Source: Chiloscyllium plagiosum
Taxonomy: Eukaryota
Assembly: GCF_004010195.1 (NCBI RefSeq)
Contig: NC_057718.1
Span: forward strand, 51,293,941-51,357,940
DNA: 64,000 bases
Direction: 5' to 3'
The translations under genes and the position numbers were made by a program. Positions 63,993 to 64,000 of the stretch are shown in pieces. Every line of letters starts with the position of its first letter. The first letter of the stretch is position 1. Under the pieces are notes generated by a model. It did not search any database, was not told the DNA's origin, and saw only the letters and a program-made list of their open reading frames with translations.

Positions 63993-64000
63993 AAGGTGAT

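Noticed and set aside
1..64000. CRISPR arrays, operons, rRNA or prokaryotic defence systems
   Set aside because: Vertebrate repeat landscape; no repeat-spacer array or gene-dense region seen

Overview
AT-rich eukaryotic DNA, almost certainly from an elasmobranch (shark), judged by several HE1-type tRNA-derived SINEs and shark-style CR1 LINEs. No intact cellular gene is recognisable and most ORF-track entries are spurious or transposon remnants. The window is intronic or intergenic DNA layered with mobile elements: many CR1 LINE pieces of several ages, a near full-length decayed RTE LINE, two Gypsy pol fossils, PIF/Harbinger transposase and Myb/SANT fossils, a TA-flanked Tigger-like MITE, two SINE families, and about a dozen short Penelope-derived elements. 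The most interesting signals are: (1) minimal hammerhead-ribozyme motifs of two types, with insertion breakpoints clustering in the motif; (2) a ~110-bp inverted duplication inside a Gypsy integrase fossil; (3) a head-to-head junction of two CR1 subfamilies at nearly the same RT codon; (4) an unexplained structured ~170-nt segment in front of a young CR1; (5) two candidate + strand exons. Family names come from motif recognition, not database searches, and boundaries of old elements are approximate.
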